Assembly (NCBI RefSeq): GCF_964204645.1
Contig: NC_134027.1
Coordinates: forward strand, 18,624,560-18,688,559
Direction: 5' to 3'
DNA from: Tubulanus polymorphus
Lineage: Eukaryota > Animalia > Nemertea
DNA: 64,000 nt
The notes under the pieces were generated by a model. That model worked only from the letters and a program-made list of their open reading frames with translations. It was not told the DNA's origin and made no database searches. Below, in pieces: positions 11,302 through 21,345 of this stretch. A program made the position numbers and the translations under genes. Numbering within the stretch: position 1 is the first letter of the stretch; every line of letters begins with the position of its first letter.

Positions 11302-14099
11302 TTCGTAACCACTAAGATTAAGAATTTTTTTTCACTTAAATGTTCGACTCCTAAATCCTTGAAAGCTATGGTTGTCTACAAGTACACTTGTTTATGTGAT
11401 ATAAACACTGCCTATATAGGTAAAACAAAAAGCAATTAAGTAATTGGCCAACATCTGTCAAATTGCCGTGACTGTCAGGTCTCGTTTAGCGAAAAGAATT
11501 TCAAAATTTTAGATAAAGAATCTTCTGATTTAGATTGCAAAATTAGAGAAGCACTTTTAAGCCCACTTGGGACTTAAGACCCAGCGGGCTATTGTGTTCA
11601 CTTTTCGTCCTTCGTCCGTCCGTCCGTAGACGGAATCCAGGTATTTTGGGAAGTTTTGAAGACGCTTATATGTAATGTCTTGATATTTGGGTTACACATG
11701 TATCTACCCTAGGCACATCTTCAGCCCAAAAACTGGCCTGTCAGATTCAAGATGGCTGACTGGCAGCCATTGTTGTTCGCCAAAATCAGCACTTTTTAGC
11801 CCACTTGGGACTTTAGTCGCAGCGGGCTATTGCGTTCACTTTTCATCCATCGTCCGTCCGCTGTCCATAGCGTCCGTTCGTCTGTATACAGTTATTCTGG
11901 GAAGTTTTGAAGATGCTTCAATGTAATGTCTTGATATTTGGGTTACACATGTATCTACCCTAGACACATCTTCAGCCCAAAAACTGGCCCTGTGAGATTC
12001 CGACTGGCAGCCATTGTTGTTCGCCAAAATCAGCACTTTTTACACATTTTTGAACTTTTTAAGGGAAATTTTGAAGACGCTTTGATCAATAACCTTGATG
12101 TTTCATATATATTTGATTTCCCCAAGGGCCCAGCGCCTTAAGAAAAATTGGGTCGATCGGATTTAAGATGGCCGTCCTATGACCTTTTTAGTGCCCAAAA
12201 ATGCCAATTTTGGCCCGAATTCTGAGTTCTGTAGCTTCCTACTGGTTTGCCATTTCTCATTGCAATTTGTGATGGATATTCTTTGAAAAGGGATCTTTTA
12301 TACCTGAGACAGGTATTTTCGATCAGCCAATTATGACACAGTTGGCTGCCATTTTGGTGTCATCAGTACTGATTCGTAGGTGGGAAAAAGTTTTCCACAT
12401 TATATTGATACCTAAGCATATTGTGTTACCACAATCCATTGGAAAGTTGTAGCTCATAACGTGTTCTATGATTTTGGTGAGTTTCAAGGTCAATTGGTTT
12501 TTGTATATGGCCACCAGGGGGCGTTGAATAATACAATATTTTAGTATTTCTATATTATATTTGTACCAATGCATATTTTGTTACCACAATCAATTGCAAA
12601 GTTGTAGCTCATGACATTGTCTATGATTGTGGTGAGTTTTAACTCTTTCCATGCGACATGGACATAAATTATTCTATATGGTCACTAGGCGGCGTTGAAT
12701 AGTACAATAACTTAGTATTTCCCTATTAGATTGGTACCAAGGCATATTTTGTTACCATGATTAATTGCAAAGTTGTAGGTCATAACATGTTCTATGATTG
12801 TGGTGAGTTTCAAGGTCATTGGGTTTTGCATGTGGTCAACAGGGGGCGTTGAATAGTAGAATAACTTAGCATTTCCTTATTAAATTAGTAACGAGGCGTA
12901 TTTTGTTATCATAATCAATTACAAAATTGTAGCTGCTGACATATTCTATGATTTTGGTGAGTTTCAAGGTCATTGGTTTATATATATATATGGTCACCAG
13001 GGGGCGTTGAATATTGAAATTGTTAGATTGTTGAGCATTTGAAACCACTTCCCAAGTGGGCATTGTGTCCCTGGACCCCTAGTTACACATTTTTGAACTT
13101 TTTTAGGGAAATTTTGAAAACACTCAATTACCTTGATCTTTCGTATATATTTGATTCCCCCAAGGGCCCATCCGCATAACAAGAATTGGGTCAATCGGAC
13201 TCAATTTTGGCCCGAATTCTGAGTCCTGTAGCTTCCTACTGGTTTGCCATTTCTCATTGCAATTTGTGATGGGTATTCTTTGGAAAGGGATGTTTTATAC
13301 ATGAGACAGGTATTTTTGATCAGCCAATTATGATTCAATTGGCGGCCATCTTGTGTCATCAGTACTCATTCGTAGGTGGGAAAAAGTTTGTCCACATTAT
13401 ATCGTTTCTAGGTCATTGGTTTTTGAAAACGGTCACCGGGGGCGTTGAATGATACAATAACTTAGTATATCTATATTATATTTGTAGCTATGCATATTTT
13501 GTAACCACAATCAATTGCAAAGTTGTAGCTCATAACGTGTTATATGATTGTGCTGAGTTTTAAGGACATTAGTTATTCTATATGGTCACCAGAGGGCGTT
13601 GAATAGTAAAATAACTTTGTATTTCCTTATTATATTGGTACCTAGCATATTTTATGATCAATTGCAAATTTGTAGTTCATGACATGCTCTACAATTGTGG
13701 TGAGTTTCAAGGTCATTGGGTTATGCATATGGTCCCCAGGGGGTGTTGAATAATAGAATAACTTAGTATTTCCGTCGAGTACTGTACCCTTTCCTATGGT
13801 TTTTGCCAATATTTTCTAAATTTGGATTTATCGCCAATGGTTTTTCTGTACGACCCGGCCCTGCGGTATTGCATTTAGCCACCGGCGAAATCCGCCATCT
13901 TTTTTCTTGGCGTTCTCGCAGTAGAACGCGTTGGATTGTTTCGCCGTAAAAATCTGGGAATTAGGATATTAGGGAGTTTTCACTCTCATAACGGTGAGTC
14001 CGTTCGGTTTGGGGGTTATCCCTGGTTTCTTTTTTTCCGTAAGAATTTTATTTACAAATATAATTTGATTGAATTGAATTGTTTTGATTTGTAACAGGA

Positions 14100-16262
14100 T
14101 AATTATGCCACCCCCTCAGGCGCAAATCCGGTCAAATATGTGCAAGGAGCAATCCTTGCAATATTTGCGTCGTGTGGTCCGAGGACCTTTGGCTTCGGGC
14201 CGATAAGGCTCTTAAACTAAGAGATCGTTGAACTAAGAGTTAGCAGGGATTCGTCGGTTTCGGCCGATGTGCCAACCGACGTTTCTAATCCTGTTTCTTA
14301 TCGTAAAGCGGAGCGGTCGCCGGTCGTTCAGGTACGATCGGCTTCCCAACTCCGTTCACCGGGGAGGAACGCTGGTTCACCGGCACCGGTCTCCGGTCAT
14401 TCACCGGTCTCTGGTCGTTCACCGGTTCGGCCGGTTCGGCCGGTTCAGACTACATGTTCGGAACCGAGCGCGCGCCGCGGTAGTCGCGAACGGCCCGCAC
14501 CGGTTCGGTCGGTACCGGTCCGTTCCGGGTCGGGCATCGGTCCGGTTCGGCCACCGGTCCGGTCCAGACGTCGTCCGGTTCAAACATCCGGTACGTTCAT
14601 CGTCTGATTCTGATCGTCGCTCCGGGGATAGAGCTCGCTCTCCCACTTAGACGCCGTGAGCGTAATAAACGAGCAAGATCTCCTTCTCGCAGATCAAGGT
14701 TTGATCGCGAGAGGGACTACGATCGTTATTGTCGGAAGTTTCGCCGTTGGTCTTCTCATCGTTCGTCGACGTCGGTTAGCGATGAAAGCGATTCTTCTAG
14801 TAGGTCGCGATCCCGTTCGAGGGACCGTCACCGAAGTCGGCATGATCGTCGGGATACTGGAAAATACCTGACTCAGAAGGATTTCCATGTATTTGAGGAG
14901 AAAATTTTAAACTTGTTATCTTCGTCGCAACAAGTCGCTGCAACTTCTACAACAGGTAAGCCTATTCCTGATTGTCCGGTTAGAAGTTCGCCAGCCCACT
15001 CAGTTTTTCGGAATTCTGACTCTGAATTCCTGGATGCTGCGGTAGGGTCTGATTTCAATGAGGATCCGGTCCCAGAAGCGGCAATTCCTTCTGGGGTCGT
15101 TCCTGTCGCAAGCAATTGTGGGTTGCCCCAGACGATGGGGGCTTCCCTGGCTCGCAATGTATCTCCGTCCCGTTCAGTTTTATCCGAACCAGCGGGGGAC
15201 ATGCCATTTAGAGCGATGATAAGTGAGTTCTTTGTCAAGCACGGGGCAACTCGCGCTAAGCCCAAAGCAGCTCCTCTGGTCGGTGAGTCAATGGAAGCTT
15301 ATCGCCCTCCGGACTCCGATCTTAACGTTTTACGGGAATCGTCAGCGGTTTCGAGAGAGTGGGCTCGATTGGATACGCAATTATGGGGTGAATGTCGGCC
15401 TGGAACATTTTCATTTCCCCCTCCAGAACGGGGTATGAAATCTGGGAAATATTTTAGTTCAACCGATCCACCTATAGGCGCATTTCGCTCGGCGTATTAC
15501 GCAACTCCAGGTGCTGTGGATCACAGTCATAACTGCCTGGATGCTGATTATACTTTGATCAGCCCGGATACTGTTACAGCACAGTCGGGTATTCGTTTGC
15601 CTAAGTCCGGTTTGTTGGCCATGACGTCAATCCTGGACAATCTTACCAGGGTTGGTTCGTTTCAAGATATGGCACTTAAGGTGTTGACGGGTGAGCTTCG
15701 CGAGACTCACGCCGCCGTTCATGCGGGCTCCGACCCAGAGTCAGTTGCCCTAAAACTGGAGGGAATGGACCGGATTATCCAATCTTTGGCTCGGTCTGTT
15801 TCGCATGTAATTCCGTTGTCGATTCGGGGTCAGGCTAATCTGGTGTTAGCCTCCCGTCAGTCAGTGATGGACTCCAGTGCCAAAACTCGTCTACCGGATA
15901 TGGTGTCCAATGCTTTGCTGAGAGCCCCATTGGGGACGTCTTCACGTCTCTTCTCCGGTTGGTGCGCTCCGGTTTCCGCAGAGCTGAGGAAGATTCAGGA
16001 GGTTCAGGCCAAGTCCAACCCCCGAACTCCGTGGAAAAAGCGTTCTGGTCCGACGCCGGCGGCGCAAGGTTCGGCACGGACGCAAACAGGACCATCTCAA
16101 ACTTCAGCGCTTTCTCAGGCGGCTTCGGATGCCGGTTGGAGAACTAGCGCGCAACTTCAACAATCGTGTCAAGCCTCGTCCGGTCGTAATAGTTCCGGTT
16201 CGTATCGAGGCAAGGGGAAGGCTCCAAAAAGGGGCTCTTCCTTTCGGAAAAACTCGAAATGA
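14100..16262 (+). pseudogene. DIRS gag-like ORF1 (N-terminal Cys motif, Arg/Ser-rich region; 5' part broken by stops and frameshifts)
   Basis: CARSNPCNICVVWS..W at ~14139 is in the same frame as ORF 14913-16262; RS-rich tract (SRSRSRSRDRHRSRHDRR) at ~14650-14860 runs in frame into that ORF; basic C-terminus. Confidence 0.72.
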
Positions 16263-18291
16263 ATTCTTGGGACCAGTGGGAGGTTGTCTGCAGCAGGCAG
16301 CAACCCACTGGTCCGACCTCTTTAGAGACGGTTGGCCCTCCCGGGTCGTCTCTCGTGGCTACCGTCTCCGTTTCCTAAGGCGACCGCGCCTGATGAGGTC
16401 ACCTCCCGACATGCGGCCAAAACCAGGTCAGGAGGCCTTAATCTCTCCGGCTCTCAAGGAACTGGCAGAGAAGGGAGCGATAGAACCAGTTTGCAACGAA
16501 ACTTCTCCCGGCTGGTTTTCTCGAATATTCATGGTACCAAAGGCCACAGGGGGTCAACGGACAGTGATAGATCTGTCATCCCTCAATCGGCACCTAGACA
16601 TTCCAGGGTTCCGGATGACCAAGCCCAAGGATGTGATTCAAGGGCTCCGTCCGGGTCAATGGGCGGCTTCATTGGACCTGAAAGATGCTTACTTTCAGGT
16701 TCCAATTCACCCAAAATCTCGGCGATTTCTCAGGATAAAGTGGAAAGGTCGCCAGTTCCAATTCAGGTCTCTTCCATTTGGCCTCAGTACGGCCCCGTGG
16801 GTTTTCACCAAGTTGGTCAAGTCAGTTCAGAAGGTACTTCAGTCAAGGGGTGTTCGACTGTTCGTTTACCTCGACGACTGGTTAATAGTCGCGAATTCGG
16901 CTCAGGAATGTCGGGAGGCAATGACCTCAGTCTTGGACTAAGTCCATCAGCTAGGGTTCCGCATAAACAGGGAAAAATCTCAGTTGACGCCGGCCCAACA
17001 GTTCACTTATCTCGGCATGGACTTCGATCGGCAAAGTCTTTCCGTCTATGGTTCGAGTGGCCAAACTTCAAGAAGCTGTAGCGGGAGTGTCCACAACCCC
17101 GAGAACAGCTCGTTACTGGTCACGGCTTCTAGGCTCCATCAGCTCCATGGGTCTGGTGGTGCCCTTAGGCCGCCTCAGAAGCAGGCGCTTGCAACAATAT
17201 TGGAAGGTCTTCTGGTCTCAGTCGAAGGGCAACTGGGAGGCCTTGATTCCCGTACCTCCAACCGATCTAAGTCCGGATCTTCAGTGGTGGGCGGCCACTA
17301 TGAATCTTCGGCTCGGGTGTCACTAGCCCCGTTAGAGGCTCCAGTTCGTGTCTTCACGGATGCCAGTCACCAAGGATGGGGGGCACATCTGGAGAACCGA
17401 GTCAAAGTCGGGAAATGGTCTCGCTACGAGGCCACCAACCACATAAATTTCCTAGAAATGCTGGCCGTGTGGAAGGCCCTGAAGTGTTTTCACAGGAGAG
17501 TGGAGGGCCACCACGTTTGGTTAGCCACAGACAATTCAACAGTGAGGGCTTACCTTCAGAACCAAGGGGGCACTCACTCAGAAACCCTCACAGGTCTGTC
17601 GGCCAAAATTCTTCTTTGGTGCCAGACAAAGGGCGTGTCCCTGACTGTGGCACATTTAGCAGGGAAAAGGAACGTGATGGCCGATGCTCTGTCTCGTCGA
17701 GGTCAGGCTATTGCGACAGAATGGGTTCTCCACCAAGAAGTAGCCGATCGGGTTCGGGGCATTTTTGGCAATCCGCTGCTGGATCTGTTTGCCACCCGGT
17801 TCAATCGGAGGTGTCCTCTGTTTGTGTCCCCGTTTCCAGACGCGGAAGCGTGGGGGGTCGATGCCTTCTCTCTGGACTGGTCGGGGATGCATGCGTATGC
17901 GTTCCCGCCCACACCAGTCCTGCCGCGCTTACTGGATCAAATAGAGAGATCAGTCAATTGCAACATAGTTCTGGTAGCACCATGTTGGCCGGCTCAGAAA
18001 TGGTTCCTACCACTTCTCAACCTACTGTGCGACAACCCCAGGATTCTTCCGAATTTCCCATCGCTTCTGTCTCAGGGGATCTTTCGGCATCATCCAAACA
18101 GCCAGTCGTTAAATCTGCTCGCCTGGCCATTGACAAGCGATCCTTGTCAGCTTCAGGCATTTCAGAACAGGCTGCCTCCTTTATCGCAGGATCTAAGCGG
18201 CCATCAACAAGCACCATTTACGATGCCAAATGGAGTCATTTTGCGGATTGGTGTGCTGCAGGGGAAATTGATCCATGCTCACCCTCTGTAG
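16129..18291 (+). pseudogene. DIRS ORF2: reverse transcriptase + RNase H + DNA adenine methyltransferase-like domain
   Basis: SRIFMVPK, LDLKDAYFQVPI, LPFGLSTAP, VYLDD; in-frame TAA at 16939; compensating frameshifts ~17048 and ~17318; RNase H FTDAS..GWG, HINFLE, DN, ADALSR; MT domain DLFA...DAF..DW..AYAFPP...LVAP.W. Confidence 0.93.
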
Positions 18292-19202
18292 CTCAATTGG
18301 CAGATTTTTTACTGCACCTATTTGTAGTAAAAGGTTTACAGGTCATAACTATTAAAGGTTACCGCTCCGCGATTTCTCATACATTGCGTGCTTCTGGATG
18401 GCCAAATGTAGCAGGGGATCATCGGATATCCCAGCTGGTTGCTGGGTTTTCTATTTCCCGGCCTCGGGTAACAAGGACAGTTCCACCATGGGATCTGTCT
18501 GTAATTTTGAAGAAGTTAATGGAGGCTCCATTTGAACCTCTTTCGGCAGCGTCATTTGCAAATTTGTCAAAAAAGACTGTATTTTTGCTGTTCTTGGCTT
18601 GCTCGGCCCGTCGCTCTGAGATTCATGCGCTTTCAGTCCGACAAGGTCATATTGTCTTTGGGCCAGCGAATGAATTTGTTTCGCTGCGGCCTGCTTTGGA
18701 ATTTTTGGCAAAGAACCAACGACCAGGCTCGGTTGGGCGTCAATGGCGAATTGAAGCCCTAAAACATCGAGTGGAACCGGGCATCCCGGACAGGACTTTA
18801 TGTCCTGTGCGGGCGTTGTGTTTCTATTTAGATCGCTCTGCTTCACGGAGGGGTTCACGGGAGCGGTTATTTATTCCGCTGCTGGATCACCTAAAGGGGG
18901 ATATTTCGCGGGACACAGTAGCCCGATGGGTCTCTTCAATGATCAAGGACATTTTATTGAAGGAGAATCTTTCCTCGGAGGGAGTCGTTTCTCATCAAGT
19001 GAGGTCTATGGCTACTTCCTGCGCAGCCTTTTCGGATGCTCCGTTGGAGGAAGTCTGTCGGGCCGCCTTTTGGAATTCACCGTCGACATTCACGTCATTT
19101 TATTTACGGGATGTTTCAGGCCAGTTAGGCTCATTAGCTTCACTTGGTCCTGTTGTCATGGCTCAAGGTGTCCGTTCTTTCCGATCGGACCCTTTAGTGT
19201 AG
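17376..19202 (+). CDS. DIRS tyrosine recombinase ORF (true start uncertain; recognisable domain from ~18150)
   Basis: RPSTSTIYDAKW..F..WC, TIKGYRSAI, ARRSEIHAL, LCPVRAL, SHQVRS, W...STFTSFY: R-H-R-W-Y catalytic residues present, frame open. Confidence 0.93.
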   Translation: MGGTSGEPSQSREMVSLRGHQPHKFPRNAGRVEGPEVFSQESGGPPRLVSHRQFNSEGLPSEPRGHSLRNPHRSVGQNSSLVPDKGRVPDCGTFSREKERDGRCSVSSRSGYCDRMGSPPRSSRSGSGHFWQSAAGSVCHPVQSEVSSVCVPVSRRGSVGGRCLLSGLVGDACVCVPAHTSPAALTGSNREISQLQHSSGSTMLAGSEMVPTTSQPTVRQPQDSSEFPIASVSGDLSASSKQPVVKSARLAIDKRSLSASGISEQAASFIAGSKRPSTSTIYDAKWSHFADWCAAGEIDPCSPSVAQLADFLLHLFVVKGLQVITIKGYRSAISHTLRASGWPNVAGDHRISQLVAGFSISRPRVTRTVPPWDLSVILKKLMEAPFEPLSAASFANLSKKTVFLLFLACSARRSEIHALSVRQGHIVFGPANEFVSLRPALEFLAKNQRPGSVGRQWRIEALKHRVEPGIPDRTLCPVRALCFYLDRSASRRGSRERLFIPLLDHLKGDISRDTVARWVSSMIKDILLKENLSSEGVVSHQVRSMATSCAAFSDAPLEEVCRAAFWNSPSTFTSFYLRDVSGQLGSLASLGPVVMAQGVRSFRSDPLV

Positions 19203-19461
19203 AATATTTATGTAGCATTATCAGGATCACAGGGGGTGTATCCTTGTACATAGTTTGGGCTCATATCTGCAAGTATTAATTTCGCAAAATTCTGGGGGGG
19301 GCCCCTGAGCTGGACGGACTCACTGTGGCCAACCGGTCTTCCCTGTGCTACAGTGCTCCATTCCGTGCTTGGGTAAGTGCTCTCTTTTTCCCTCTTACCT
19401 TGCGTTTGAGCGGTGGTTTTTCTATCTACCTTTCCCACCATCCTTGTGCTAGGCCAGTCTA

Positions 19462-19559
19462 GCAAAAACCATAGGAAAGGGTACAGTACTCGACGGAAAT
19501 ATTACAATTTTTGGAACTAAAATTTGTATTTCCGAGTAGTACTTACCCTTTCCTATGGT
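19462..19559 (+). repeat. DIRS internal complementary region (ICR)
   Basis: First part is the reverse complement of the element's left end (13767-13807); second part is the reverse complement of the right end (19718-19782); they overlap at GGAAATA. Confidence 0.95.
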
Positions 19560-20959
19560 GGGAATCCCGCCCACCTGCCCCGCATAGCTGTTTTTTTTGG
19601 TCTGCTATGACGTAAAAAGATGGCGGATTTCGCCGGTGGCTAAATGCAATACCGCAGGGCCGGGTCGTATAGAAAAACTATTGGCGATAAATCCAAATTT
19701 AGAAAATATTGGCAAAAACCATAGGAAAGGGTAAGTACTACTCGGAAATACAAATTTTAGTTCCAAAAATTGTAATATTTCCATATTAAATTGGTAACTA
19801 GGCATATTTTGTTATCACAATCAATTACAAAATCGTAGCTGCTGACATGTTTTATGATTGTGGTGAGTTTCAAGGCCATTGGTTTTTGTATATGGTCACC
19901 AGGGGGCATTGGATATTGAAATTGTTAAATTGTTGAGCATTTGAAACCACTTCCCAAGTGGGCATGGTGTCCCTGGACCCCTAGTTATCAAAACTCAACA
20001 GCCCTCCCTTAATCAACAACTATTCAAACACAGGTCAGGATTCATTCTCAATGTGCTTAGATAACTAACTTCTAATCAAATATTTTCACTCAGTAATTTA
20101 TGTGTAATTTGTAGGTAATTAATTATATTTGCATTATAATTATCTTGTCACTCAGTTATTTGAAATTGTTTGTAATTAGCTTCGTCTTATTCTATATGAA
20201 TACCAGTATGACATGTAAATTTAATCACTTTATGCTATGCCCGAAATGGAGATAATGTAACTCCCGAACACGTTCACTATAATGAATATATATTACTCAT
20301 TAGAAAATGAGATTTGTACTGATTTTGCTTCTATGGATTTTGAATTATCTAGACTCTCTAACATCATAGTTGCCCCTGCTTCAATTATGTCCCTGCTTGA
20401 CTCGTCTTGGAACTAGCAGTGTGTTGACGGTAAAACATGGATGATGTTGTTTGATTTTTTGGCTTTTCTTGAAATTTCAGAACTGGCCATTTAACATGGT
20501 AAAATATTGAAATGATTAATGGGTGAAACTAGTGTCTCCAGTGTCTCTACTCAACCTAAATAAACAAACTATACACCAAATTTGGGATATGTACTGGGCT
20601 ACACTTCAGTATAATTTTCGTTGGTTCAGATTGGTGCATTGGGATCATGTGACCAAAGTCAGCCATCTCGGATTTGTAATCGCCAAGAACTTGACCTTGG
20701 ATCATATCGTATTGGGTAATGTTGCGTCTGGGTGACCCCTGGGTACTTCAGACTGCACAGATGATGATGAAAATTGTCATTTTGTAATATTGTCAGGGTA
20801 AGGTCACGATAATCTGAGGCAATTGCACTGTCCTAGGTAAACTGAGTGGGCAGCACATGAAGATCCGAGGCATCATATCTGTTTGGGTAAACAGTCCGGG
20901 GCACATCATGAACTGAGGCAATCCGTCAAAAAACCCTAAAATTAAACAATTGTGTTGTA

Positions 20960-21345
20960 CTAGATGGGATTAGTAACTGATTAGATTTCCGGTCTTGTAA
21001 GCTGAAGGTCAAGGTCACAGGGAGCCATTTTGTAAATTTCATTCCAAGGCTCTTACCCATAAACGGTTTAAGATAATTTAGTGAAATTGTATGGATGCGT
21101 TATCCTAGTGACTAAGGGTAACTGATTAGATTACGAGTCCTGTAGGTCAAAGGTCGAGGTTACTAGGAGCTGCTTTGTATTTTTCATTGCTGCGCTTTAA
21201 CTCATAAACGGTATGAGGTAATCAGGTGAAATTCGATCAATTTGATGCATGAGTTATCCTAGGGATTATAGGTAACTGTTTAGATTTCGGGGCGCCTAAA
21301 AGGTCAAGGTCATCGGAAGCTATTTTGTATTTTTCATCTGCCTTC
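20960..21345. repeat. Diverged tandem repeat, ~3 units of ~145-155 bp, with AGGTCAAGGTCA motifs
   Basis: Recurring GTAACTGATTAGATT...AGGTCAAGGTCA..GGAGC..TTTGTA at ~20972, ~21118 and ~21271. Confidence 0.7.

Larger units (their letters stand above)
13767..19782 (+). mobile_element. DIRS1-type tyrosine recombinase retrotransposon, structurally complete but mutated
   Basis: Left ITR ~13774-13904, right ITR ~19614-19733 plus right extension to 19782, ICR 19462-19559, gag, RT/RH/MT and YR ORFs; visibly more GC/CpG-rich than the flanks. Confidence 0.96.
11556..19985 (+). mobile_element. HINE family B copy containing a second complete HINE B (11795-13084) and the DIRS element
   Basis: Subterminal inverted motif GCCCACTTGGG / CCCAAGTGGGC, (CCGT)n, ~155-bp internal tandem units, 3' hairpin GGTGTCCCTGGACCCC-TAGTT; inserted in a T-run of the Penelope ORF without TSD. 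Confidence 0.82.
9679..20358 (+). mobile_element. 5'-truncated Penelope-like element (RT thumb/linker + GIY-YIG endonuclease) with inverted upstream pLTR; split by nested insertions
   Basis: Pieces 9881-10096, 11308-11558 and 19986-20063 rejoin as FKLNGYP..IPYVG..QCSFV|TTKIKNFF..KAMVVYKYTCLCD..AYIGKTK..HLSNC..NFKIL..IREAL|IKTQQPSLNQQ; ~9677-9880 is the reverse complement of ~20140-20344; 13-bp TAACATCATAGTT at 9666-9678 and 20359-20371. Confidence 0.88.

Noticed and set aside
11687-13194. Short ORFs recurring here and at 3765, 24221-24955, 26255-27109 and 47456-47840
   Set aside because: Chance frames in the non-coding HINE B repeat; not preserved between copies, no domain motifs.
13767-13773. 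TATTTCC as a conventional 7-bp target-site duplication
   Set aside because: The ICR shows the heptamer is also part of the element's own circle junction, so one copy comes from the element.
14419-19465. Antisense ORFs and ORF 18800-19279 within the DIRS element
   Set aside because: Expected by-products of GC-rich coding sequence; no recognisable motifs.
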